A stretch of 64,000 nt of DNA, taken from Strigamia acuminata (taxonomy: Eukaryota). The translations under genes were made by a program, and so were the position numbers. This document shows positions 54,397-64,000 of the stretch, one piece after another (position 1 is the first letter of the stretch; each line of letters begins with the position of its first letter). The stretch spans positions 4,526,001 through 4,590,000 of the forward strand of contig OX442314.1 in assembly GCA_949358305.1 (NCBI GenBank), read 5' to 3'. The notes beneath the pieces are model-generated. The model did not search any database, had not been told where the DNA came from, and was given only the letters and a program-made list of their open reading frames with translations.

Positions 54397-55703
54397 AACT
54401 AAACTTAAAACTAAGAAAATTTCCTAAGTCTGAGAGATAACGATGAAGTTGCAAACGTTCAGGAGGGTCGCAAACGAAGCAGTGGTCACACTAGTTCGAA
54501 AGGAAGTAAGGGTACTTCGATACACCTCTCTGATTGGTCAAATATCAACGCTAGTCTCGCGAGAGTCCAATCTCGTCCGAGATTGGTGGAAATCATCAAG
54601 TTCGTGGAACCGTAATCTTGACAGATTCCAGTGTTATGACGTAGTCACCAAACAAAATGGATACTTTTCAAAATATTTAAAATATCACCACATTTATTAA
54701 TAAATGAATGATCACCTTTATGGAATTTTTTTTAAAGTTTTAAAACTCGTAATTTCAAAAGACGCGCCAATTCGTTTGAATCGACGGCTTTTCTGCACAA
54801 CACGGGTTGCTAGGCAACAAAACAGCGAGAATTCTTCTTCGCTAAAATTCGAATGGTATTCCATTCGTAAAATTCGATTTCAATGACTTGAGATCATGAT
54901 TTTTAACCAACATTTTAATGTAGATCAAGTCTGTAAAATAATGTAAACCCACTTTGAAATAAAATATAAATTTTAATTCCTTCGAAAAGCGTTAATTTTC
55001 TTTCTATTTTATTTAGGCAAATAAATTTAGGTTTAACTTGAAGTCTCAAGCAAAATACATATAAAAAAATATTCTGAAATTAAAACAACTATTAAATTGA
55101 TAGAATTCTTTAAGAATTCCATCAACAAGTCAACTTTTCAAAATTAGGCCCGACCGCGTGGTTTTGTCAGATTGTCGACGACAAAATGACGTTACCCGGG
55201 CGGAACCAACTTCAACAAGTTCGGGCAAGACTCCTATTCTCGGGTTGGGCCTTTAGGCCTGACCACGCGGTAGAAATTATTATTTTTGTTAAAACGTATA
55301 ATTTCCACGGCGGAGAATCGGAATAAAGTGAATTACACTTATTTTCTTGCGAGGAGTTCTAAAACAGAATAAAATATATTAGACACAAATATAAATTTTG
55401 TTCGAAAATTTATTTTACACACCAAAAAATTTCATTTGAAATTTTTATCACTGTAGGCATATTTCCGAATTCTCACAAAACATATTACAATTCCAAAAAA
55501 AATTCATTTGAATTTTGCAGCCTATCTCGGTAGAACCTCCACTTGTGACGGTTCTAACGAGATTCCTATAAAAAAGAAGAAAAACATTAAACATACATGG
55601 GTTTTGTCACATAAAAAATTTCATTCGAAATTTTATCACTGTAAGCACATTTCCGAATTCTCATAAACATTCACACTCAAAATTCATTTGAATTTTGCAG
55701 CCT

Positions 55704-55721
55704 ATCTCGGTAGAACCTCCA
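55704..55721 (-). promoter_or_regulatory. PBS complementary to tRNA-Gln (TGGAGGTTCTACCGAGAT); second copy at 55524-55541
   Basis: 2 nt from the LTR end; complementary to a tRNA-Gln-type 3' end ...ATCTCGGTAGAACCTCCA. Confidence 0.85.
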
Positions 55722-55723
55722 CT

Positions 55724-57473
55724 TGTGACGATTCTACTTTTGGGCCAATTTATTAGTCCTTTTAAGATAGATAATTCGGTTTATACAAGACGTTGCTAAG
55801 TTTAGCAACAACCTAACCGAGATAAGCTACGGAAGCCTTTACAAACATGAATATGTGATCGAATAGAAATAACTTACAGTTTTAGTGTGACTTAACATAT
55901 TTATTACTAAATATTAATGATAACAGTAAATGGGTTCTTGACGCGTGTAAACGGGCGGCATCAACTGGTTGAGGATCCGGGCGAAGCCAGAGGGATACGG
56001 CTGACTTTGCGGCATCGTCACAAATATCGCTACGGAGACGTATTTGGTCCGCAGCTCGAATATCTAAATATGCGAAGAGTCCTTCGCATTAATCGGAATA
56101 TTCGGCAGAATATTCCATGTTCCAAATGAATAAAAGTAAAGTGATTAAAGTAATATAACAAATGAATTGTTATATAAATAATGATTGGGCGGGGACCGTC
56201 ACGACAATTGAGAGAACGTCGCGGGAGTTGTTGAGACTCCATCCGCCAGCACGCCTTACGACGACAAGATCTCGTGATCAGGCGCCGAGTATTTAATTGT
56301 GTGCTTTAACTCGCTATCGGTGGTACCAACCACCAGGTAAACATTTCTATGGACTTACCGGGTCTAAAAGATATTGCCAATACAGGATTACCAATGCCCG
56401 AGTAATTTGTTTAACATGATATATTTTATATCATTCACGGGTTACTAACCCGGAGGGTACGATGGGGCGGGGACCGTCACGACGGTCGAGAGAACCATCG
56501 CGGGAGGATTTGACTCCTCCATCCGCCAGCATGCCTTACGATGACGGGATCAGCAGATCGAGCACCGGGTAAAATATTATTTGGCCACTGCCGTTGGATT
56601 ACCATTATCCAGGTAGTTGTTTTAACGCAACATCTTTAGATATTACTCACGGGCTACCAACCCGGCGTGTCACCTGTACATTAAGCCTTTACCGACTTTT
56701 AACGAGCGGAAGGTCCAATCGTAGAAAGACGGGAACCTGCGTGGGCTGTTTACAACAACCATCCTGCAGCGGACTGTGGCCAGTTAGCTGAGGGACCTAC
56801 TTTCATTTAGCAAGGTCGTACTGTATACGACCGTTATATTAAGCCACCGTACGAAGTCCTACTGTCCCGTAGAACAGCTGGCTAACGTTACGGGGCCATT
56901 TCATGCGAATGCATGTCTATTACCGGAGTTGGCCTTCCCGAAAAGGCCCTACAACAACAATAACAATAGTAATGAATACCGATTGTGGAGAGCTGAGGTG
57001 GCCTGATGTGTCGATAGAGAATAATGAAATCAAACGATAACAATTCAACTACAGACAATATACAAGTTCAGTTATCAAAAATCAAGCCTGGGGGAAGTGG
57101 AAAACTGATGCTTATATAGTTCTGTAGAACTACTAGATTGGCGACAGCCAATCAGCGTACGAATCGGCGGATTCGTGGGTCACTAGTCCGGACCTAATAT
57201 ATGACTATGTCCAGATGGGCCCAGTTGGGGTCCGGAAGGGTCCGATTGGTTCCCTTCGACAGGTAAGTAAAGTGGACATTGATTCGATAGAATCAACATC
57301 ATCAAGTAATTAATACTTAATTTATATCGAATAAAATAGTTATATTTTATTCACCGTGTCTAAATAATTATTTATCACACTTTTTAGTTTTTAACCGAGT
57401 TTGAAATACGCGCGTTGGTTAAACAGCGCCATCTATGGTGAACATTGACAACTATTGATTTGTAATCATCACA
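55724..57473 (-). repeat. 5' LTR of Gypsy B (1750 bp)
   Basis: TGT...ACA termini; duplicate of the split 3' LTR; TATA-like CTATATAAG on the minus strand near 57115. Confidence 0.97.
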
Positions 57474-58349
57474 AGGTCTGCATAAGATCGATCCAAATGT
57501 TTCCGCACCAATTACCGTATTGACTAAAGTGACAAGATACAAGTTTACATGCAAATTACAAGCCATTACTACCTTTTTCATTAGCACGCAGAGTAAAATG
57601 CACTTACCATAGTACCATGTTCAGCTACCAACGCACCTAGACCGACCATGTGCTCTTACAATGGTAAAAATGTCATCTTCAATGCGCACTTCCAAAGCGT
57701 GAACTAAGAAAGTGGGATTTCACCGATGATGAGGATGAGATCCAAAATCTTTGAGCGAACAGGGTATAAGGTTAAGTTCGAATTCATTGAATTCGATTCT
57801 ATCCAAAACAGTCAAGTTTTGGTCACATTTGGTCACATTTCGATCACACCTTTGTCATGGTTCTATCACGTTTTTGTCATGTTTCTGTCAGGTTTTTATC
57901 ACGTTTATGCGTATCTTAGCCACCTTTGTAAATATTATTACTAAATATTCTGAGATCTAAATATGACACACTATTTATGTACATTTCCTAGGCAACCTTT
58001 TAATTCTTTCGCTAATAAAATACTTCAGTTTACTCCAAATCCTCATTTGTGAAATGTAGAAATTGATTCTTGCATTCTGAGTTTCTATCACGTTTTCTTC
58101 ATCACCGGTTATCCGAACAGCGGTGGTCCGATTTTTATCAACTTTTAAACCCAATTTCATTGCTTTTTAAAGGTTTTTTTTCATTTTTCATCGATTTTTA
58201 ATGCTTTTTAACTCTTTTTGTCCATTTTTGATTGGTTTTAATGCCATTTAACAACTTTTAACAATTTTTTATTTATGTACGCAGTACAGATAATCGATGC
58301 TCTACTGTATAGACGATTTCAAATTAACTACTAACATTTCATTGATTAA

Positions 58350-58930
58350 AGTTCAAGATTTTGAATCAAACAACAAACCCTTGTGACACTAGCTGCATTC
58401 AAAAACTCTAAAACGTAGTTTTAGAGGCGTTTTAGAGTTTTTGAATGCACCTACTGTAAGCGAGTGTGAAAAAACTGCTTTGCAGATGCTTTGGAAAATG
58501 AAGTTGACTGCAGGTAAGAAATTGAGAAATATTTCTACTTTCACTTAAAAATCAGTTAAAAAATCAACAGATTACCAATGTCTCCTGTCTCGGAATTGCT
58601 GGTGTGCTCAGAGTATTTCGAAACGTTTATTTCAGACATACAAACAATGGACTTCACCATTTTGTTCGATTACATGGAAAAATGCCATTGCCCTAAAGTA
58701 TGTGACGAAATTTTGTACACTGATCACTTGAAAGAAATCGATCAATCCAACCAATCAATCTTATCCCTCTGCTTTGAAAATAATCTGATGAAAGAAATTG
58801 AAGAGTATTATAGTTATCAGTTCACATCATTCATCAGTGATGTGGTGGGAATTTGCGTCTTTTTTTAGGATTGAGCATTCCTGGCATTTTTCAACTTGGA
58901 CAATTTATCATTGTTTACACTTTTAAAAAC
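58350..58930 (+). pseudogene. DEG/ENaC C-terminal exon remnants
   Basis: ECEKNC...DCR exon, then CHCPKVC...YSYQFTSFISDVVGICVFF/LGLSI with a frameshift at TM2 and a small hairpin insertion (~58389-58455). Confidence 0.6.
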
Positions 58931-60062
58931 ATCAATTGCAAAATTAATTTTTAGCACCATATTCAAATTACATTTTAAAGAAATGAATGCGTGTAGAAAT
59001 ATCACTCTTTGTAGTACTTGTATTCAGCACAAAATAATACCCAAATAAAGTTTCAAAAACTATAGTCATCTGACTGCATTAAATTGTCACAGATTGTTCA
59101 GATCCACCATGAAGCGCATTAACAGTCCAACAGTGTACAAATGTCTCAAATGGAAAAATAACAAGAAAATACCAAATTTCATAATGCAGTCCTCATGGAA
59201 TCCCACTAGTTTACCATTGTACAGGAGCCGATCATATGTAGCAAATTTAAGCAATGAAATAAAAATTCCTATTTTTCTAGCGAAGTCTCGAATTAATGCA
59301 TCGTTCATTGCAATAGAAAACTTGATTTCTGCGCTAACGTGTGCTTTGATTGCCTTAAATGAATCAATACGGCTGAATACGCTCTTAAATATTTCAAACA
59401 GCAATTCCATGGAAAATCAATATCTACTGTTTATTTATTACCGAGCAATAAAAATTTATTCTTACATGGACGTTACAAGTGTAATTACACGAAAACTGGA
59501 GTTAACTGAAGTATTTTATTAGCGAAGGAATTAAAAGGTTGCCTAAGAAATGCTAGAAAATGCTAGGCAACCCAACAATGTACATAAATAGTGTACTATT
59601 TAGATCTCATATTATTTATTAACAATACATACGACTGCTTTTCATAAGTTTGGAAAGTTGACAAAAATTATTGTGGTATAAACTTCATGAGTTCAAAAAT
59701 TATTGATAAATAAATTTGATGAACTTTTACATTGATGAGTAAACAGGTCGATTCATATACATCAAATAAAGCCAAATATATGATTCAATTAGTAAATATT
59801 TTTTTCACAAAATGGTGGCTAAGATAAACAACAGAAACATGATAAAGACATGATAGCAACATGACATAAACGTGATAGAACGATGACCAAGATGTGATCA
59901 AAATGTGACCAAATGTGACGAAAACTTGACTTTTTTGGATAAAATGCAATTCAATCAATTCGAACTTAACTCTTACAGCCTGTTCACACCAAGATTTTTT
60001 ATCACAACCTCTCTTTGGAAGTGAGCATTGAAGATGGCATTTTTACCATTGTCCGAACACAT

Positions 60063-61026
60063 TGCTGCGATCCGGGTTATTATCGCACTTATTTCTAATA
60101 AATAAGCACGAAACCGCAGGTGAATGCTACTTGAGACTTATATCGCGGCCTTAAATTATCTAGGGTTAAGTTTAAGGAAATAAAAAAACAGTTTATAGTA
60201 TAAAAATCACAAATATATGTTTATTCGGTTTAATACAATAAAATATGATGAAAATGACTAGTTAAAATAATACAATGGCGACAAGTCGCTGAATAATGGA
60301 GTAGGAAACAAAGGAAGGGCTTGCAACGACTGTTGCAAGCTACAAAGCGTCAGAAATGGCGCTTAAACAACACAATGTTGTTGAGCGAAGGCAAATGTCT
60401 TCGTTTACTGAACTCACGAACGATGGTCGAAGACGATGGTTCTCGTGGGCTCCTTCTACGGCTCGTGCGACGGCTCGGCGGCGGTGGTTGACGGCTGTAG
60501 GCGTCCGGCTCTCGTACGATGGCGGTGGCTGTCGTTCGCGCGGCAGCGACGGCGATGGTTCACGATCGTCGGGAAACTTCTCGGTTACGATTGCTGGAAT
60601 TAGCTTCGGCTAATTCAAGCAGGATAGCTGGCTTTGTAATTCGTTACAAAGCAAGCTGGTGAAACTTGACGGTTACACGGTCCACTGTCAATACGTATTG
60701 TCGGAGCAGATATCGCAGTGATGTTGTGGGTTGTGTATTTTTGTCAAGAGTCCCGATTTGAGCCAAGGCGCGAGCCCAGCACGCTTCAATATTGCGCAGA
60801 AAACCTGCGCACTTAGCTCAAATGGGTGCAACTAGTGGTTATTACACCATATTGCACCATAACGGCTAATAACCGTCTTCACCCCGGACAACCTGGGGTG
60901 ATATGTGCCTAGAGAGGATTTCTCCCCTCGGTCACATGATCTGACTTGGCGTGTGCCACAGTCAAATTAATTAGAAGACAATTAATTTTATCTTCTAAGT
61001 TGGTGAAATATTTTGAGATCACCACA
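60063..61026. mobile_element. Solo LTR (964 bp), Gypsy-type
   Basis: TG...CA termini, 4-bp TSD ACAT (60059-60062 / 61027-61030); empty site visible in the inverted paralogous arm near 57645; TCACCACA end as in the Gypsy A LTR. Confidence 0.8.
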
Positions 61027-61236
61027 ACATGATTGATCTAGGTATAATGGTAGCTGAACATGGTAATATGGTAAGTGCATTTTACTCTGCATGCTAATGG
61101 AAAAGGTAGTAATGGGTTGTAATTTGCATGAAGACTTGCAAGATAAATTTGTGAGTAAGTAACTTGTCAGTTAGTCAATAATTGGTGCAGAAAGCCAGAA
61201 ACATTTGGATCGATCTTATGCATTCCTACATTTGAC

Positions 61237-61679
61237 CAGAGATCAGCATTGTCGTAAAAATTCTACCCGTTACCCGCCCGTTACCCGCCCCCCCCTAAAA
61301 ATTTCCTACCCATACCCTACCTTACCCTACCCTAACCGTACCCGTATATTTACCCTACCCTACCCATACCCATACCTGATCGCAATCACGTCGAGTGTTT
61401 TAACTGTTTTTGCTTTTGCGAATAAAGCATAGATCGCAAAAACATTAAATCGTCCAACTTGGACGAGTCTAGTCGATTTCGCTTCTTGGTCAGAGTATTG
61501 CCGCTAACATTTTTATAGTACAAAGTACGATGTTAGCACCACGTTGCGAACGTATAAAAAACGTACCCGAGGCGTAACCGTTAGCCTCGGGAGAACTGTA
61601 CCCGTTACCCGCCCGTACCCTACGGGTACGGGCGGGTACGGGTACGGTTACGGGTACGGGTACCCGATGCTGATCTCTG
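61237..61679. mobile_element. hAT-type MITE
   Basis: 13-bp TIR CAGAGATCAGCAT, 8-bp TSD CATTTGAC, many subterminal TACCC(G) motifs. Confidence 0.9.
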
Positions 61680-61690
61680 CATTTGACAAA

Positions 61691-62057
61691 TTAACCACCC
61701 AGTTTGAGGCGAAACCAATTGTAAATTTTTAAAATATAAATGTGCAAAGAAAGTATTGACATTCCCAATGCTAATCCGACAATGCTGCCGACATCACTTA
61801 ACAAGCGAGATATTGGATAATTTAGTTCGTCTATTGTAGTCTTGTCGAAACTATCAGCTGACTTAAGTATTATAAATGTGTTTTTATTGAATTTAGTTTC
61901 ATGCTCGATAATTCGGTTATAATTCTTTTTGCAGGGTTGTTTACATTTGCAAGTTTTTTTATTGGAGTTGTAATTGTGAAAATACTTGGAACGGGCACTA
62001 GTAACGTCTTCCATCGTGTTGCAAGATGGCAAACTTGGTGTAGACATGTAGGGCAAT
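61691..62057 (-). CDS. Paralogous last exon of the DEG/ENaC gene (inverted duplicate of 20707-21079)
   Basis: LPYMSTPSLPSCNT...CKCKQPC...LLSDVGSIVGLALGMSILSLHIY; same acceptor context as the first copy. Confidence 0.8.
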
Positions 62058-62610
62058 CTGAAACAAGCATAGTTTAATTAAACTGAACTCACAAATACAA
62101 CTACGTTTCAAAAGTTTAGAAAGTAAATAACACCAAATAATTGACTTAAAAGCTAAGCAAAATAAATTTATACCATCAGATTTGAATAAAAGAATTATTT
62201 TGCATTTAAAATAACCCAAAATTACATACATTTAGTTATCTAGTACAGTTACAAATTCAGATTTTCAAACATCACCTGTGCCAAAAGTTTAAAAACTTGA
62301 AAAAATCATTTATAAGTTTAGAAAGTGCAACATAATTTGCATATTGTGATGTATTTCAAACACTCATGCGCAAACTGGGTATGTTATTGTCATTTACTAG
62401 TTATTTGTGCCCGATATTTGCCAATAATGGGCAAAGCTCTACTCTAGTTGCAGTCAAAAAGGCACTATACAATTTGTAGTCCCATTTATCGAGACAGTTT
62501 ACTGGTGTAGTGATCCGGAAAAGTAGACCCAAACACCAGAATTGCATTACAATGTACAGACATTGTAATCGATTGCCTAGGCAACTACCAAAAATTCAAA
62601 ATTGTTTACT

Positions 62611-62958
62611 TGTGACGATTCTACTTTTAACTATTTAGTGAGATAGATCGGTTTAGACAAGACGTTGCTAGGCTTAGCAACAACCTAACCGAGATAAGCT
62701 ACGGAATTCTGTGTGCTGCAAATAACTAATCAAGATAGAAATAACTTACGATTTTCTGAGTGTGACACAAAAACATATATATTTATTAAGCATAATAAAT
62801 GTGATGGGGTTCTGAGCGCGTGTAAACGGGCGGCATCAACTGGTTGGAGATCCGGGCGAAGTCAGAGGAGTACGGCTGACTTTACGGCATCGTCACAAAC
62901 GCTACGGAGACGTATTTGGCTCAGCGGCACGAATATCTAAATAATGTGAAGAGTCCTT
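62611..62958 (-). repeat. Truncated copy of a Gypsy B-family LTR
   Basis: TGTGACGATTCTACTTTT...CAAGACGTTGCTA...CGTGTAAACGGGCGGCATCAACTGGTTG...GAAGAGTCCTT, then homology stops. Confidence 0.85.
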
Positions 62959-64000
62959 GCCGAGTTGGCTCGGTTGAAGAATCCTAGCGCCGCGAACTCA
63001 ATTGGATCCTCTGGCGCCAATCGTGCTCTCAGGAGTCGGTCGTGGAGCACTGATGGTGGGCTTAACACCCGGATGTGGTCCTCGAGCCACATAAACACCT
63101 GCCTCGACAACTTGTGGTTGTTGCTAAGCAGTGTTCGCGTATCCGGCGTCAAATAGAAGTGCGGATACAGGCGCATCAGAGTCTTGTATGCCGACTCTTT
63201 CTTCATCGCCTTGACCTTCGTCTCCGGCTTGGCTGGCGGCGGCGGCGGCGGTGGACGTGAGTCTTGCGTCGTGGCATCGTCGAAATGGCTCGGCGAGCCC
63301 AAGAAAACCAACGCGAGTGCGGAGGTTGACGAGGGTGTGACGCCTCGTCCCTGTGCTCGACCAACTCCGGTGAGCTTACGGGGTTCGACTGCCCATTGAA
63401 CTCCGGCTGGAGTTTGAGAACTTCCGGCGTTCTCCGGCCAAAACGAACATCCAGCGCCATCTTGGGCTGACTGGAAAACAGCTAGCGACGCGGCTGCTGT
63501 GGCGCTCGTAACTGGAAGCGGTGTTCTTCCGGCCATTTGCGCCGTGGCCTTCGCAAAGGACCACTCGGTTCGTAACCGAACGGCGGCCTCTTCTTCGGTC
63601 TCGCCGTTTGCTACGACTTGCTTAATGAGCTCGGCTAAGATCGTAGGCGGGTCGAGCCGGAGGTGGTACCACAGCTCGACTTTCTTCTCCGACAGGCCCA
63701 TCGGCGCGGTCCAAAGGTAAGTAATGGCCGCTAACGCCTGTCCTGGCAAAGGAAGAACACCAGGGTACAACACCCTAGTCATCCCCGGAATTAGCTGACG
63801 CTGAAAATCCATCAGGCGGGGATCATCAATGGTATTGATGTCGGAGAGTTCTAGCCTTTCAGCTAGTCTCTGCCAGTCCTTCTGCGACTCGGCGATCTGG
63901 GCGCTTTGGTATGCGTCCAGCTTCTGGAGCACTTCCTGCTGCGCTCTAATGGGTTGCTGCTCGTAGCAGGTCCATTGTGGTCCGAATGACTCACTGAAAA
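62937..64000 (-). CDS. Partial unknown GC-rich ORF (>=331 aa, open to the window end), probably retroelement-borne
   Basis: Long open frame abutting the LTR fragment; no recognised domain. Confidence 0.5.
   Translation of the reverse strand, partial: FSESFGPQWTCYEQQPIRAQQEVLQKLDAYQSAQIAESQKDWQRLAERLELSDINTIDDPRLMDFQRQLIPGMTRVLYPGVLPLPGQALAAITYLWTAPMGLSEKKVELWYHLRLDPPTILAELIKQVVANGETEEEAAVRLRTEWSFAKATAQMAGRTPLPVTSATAAASLAVFQSAQDGAGCSFWPENAGSSQTPAGVQWAVEPRKLTGVGRAQGRGVTPSSTSALALVFLGSPSHFDDATTQDSRPPPPPPPAKPETKVKAMKKESAYKTLMRLYPHFYLTPDTRTLLSNNHKLSRQVFMWLEDHIRVLSPPSVLHDRLLRARLAPEDPIEFAALGFFNRANSARTLHII

Larger units (their letters stand above)
21096..57473 (-). mobile_element. Full-length Gypsy/Ty3 LTR retrotransposon B (hosting a Polinton in its 3' LTR)
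   Basis: Near-identical LTRs (21096-22739 + 44564-44655, and 55724-57473), TGT...ACA termini, 4-bp TSD AGGT (21092-21095 / 57474-57477), PBS, PPT, gag-pol. Confidence 0.97.

Noticed and set aside
55521..55723. tRNA-like sequence
   Set aside because: Only the 18-nt 3'-end match (PBS); no full cloverleaf, so not a tRNA gene
59087..59522. Overlapping 107-aa and 142-aa ORFs
   Set aside because: No recognisable motifs, AT-rich, no supporting gene structure
61205..61732. PY/GY-repeat peptides (YPYPTLPYP, GYGYGYG)
   Set aside because: Translations of the hAT MITE's subterminal TACCC repeats

Overview
Eukaryotic (invertebrate-like) genomic DNA dominated by nested mobile elements around a DEG/ENaC (pickpocket-like) ion-channel gene cluster. 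(1) 1-9847: a minus-strand Gypsy/Ty3 LTR retrotransposon (LTR, PBS, gag, -1 frameshift, pol) with an extra, probably spliced ORF running off the window start. (2) ~10-21 kb: MITEs and LTR relics, plus a multi-exon DEG/ENaC gene that appears to encode two channel subunits fused in one polypeptide. (3) 21096-57473: a second full-length Gypsy element (1750-bp LTRs, AGGT target-site duplication, tRNA-Gln PBS, extra Cys-rich ORF3). Its 3' LTR is split by a complete 21.8-kb Polinton/Maverick (adintovirus-like) endogenous DNA virus (22740-44557, 95-bp TIRs, CACACT TSD), whose major capsid gene is in turn split by an intact Ty1/copia element (31569-36326, CATAA TSD). (4) 57.5-62.1 kb: an inverted duplication with ENaC remnants, a solo LTR and a hAT MITE, then another LTR fragment with an orphan ORF. 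Most unusual signals: the Polinton has two adenain-like proteases, a duplicated and apparently catalytically dead vOTU-like module in pPolB, and several gene junctions joined in the -1 frame at poly-A runs; the Gypsy LTR carries a duplicated, covarying pseudoknot-like RNA motif; both Gypsy elements carry non-env extra ORFs. All calls come from reading motifs by eye; no database searches were run.
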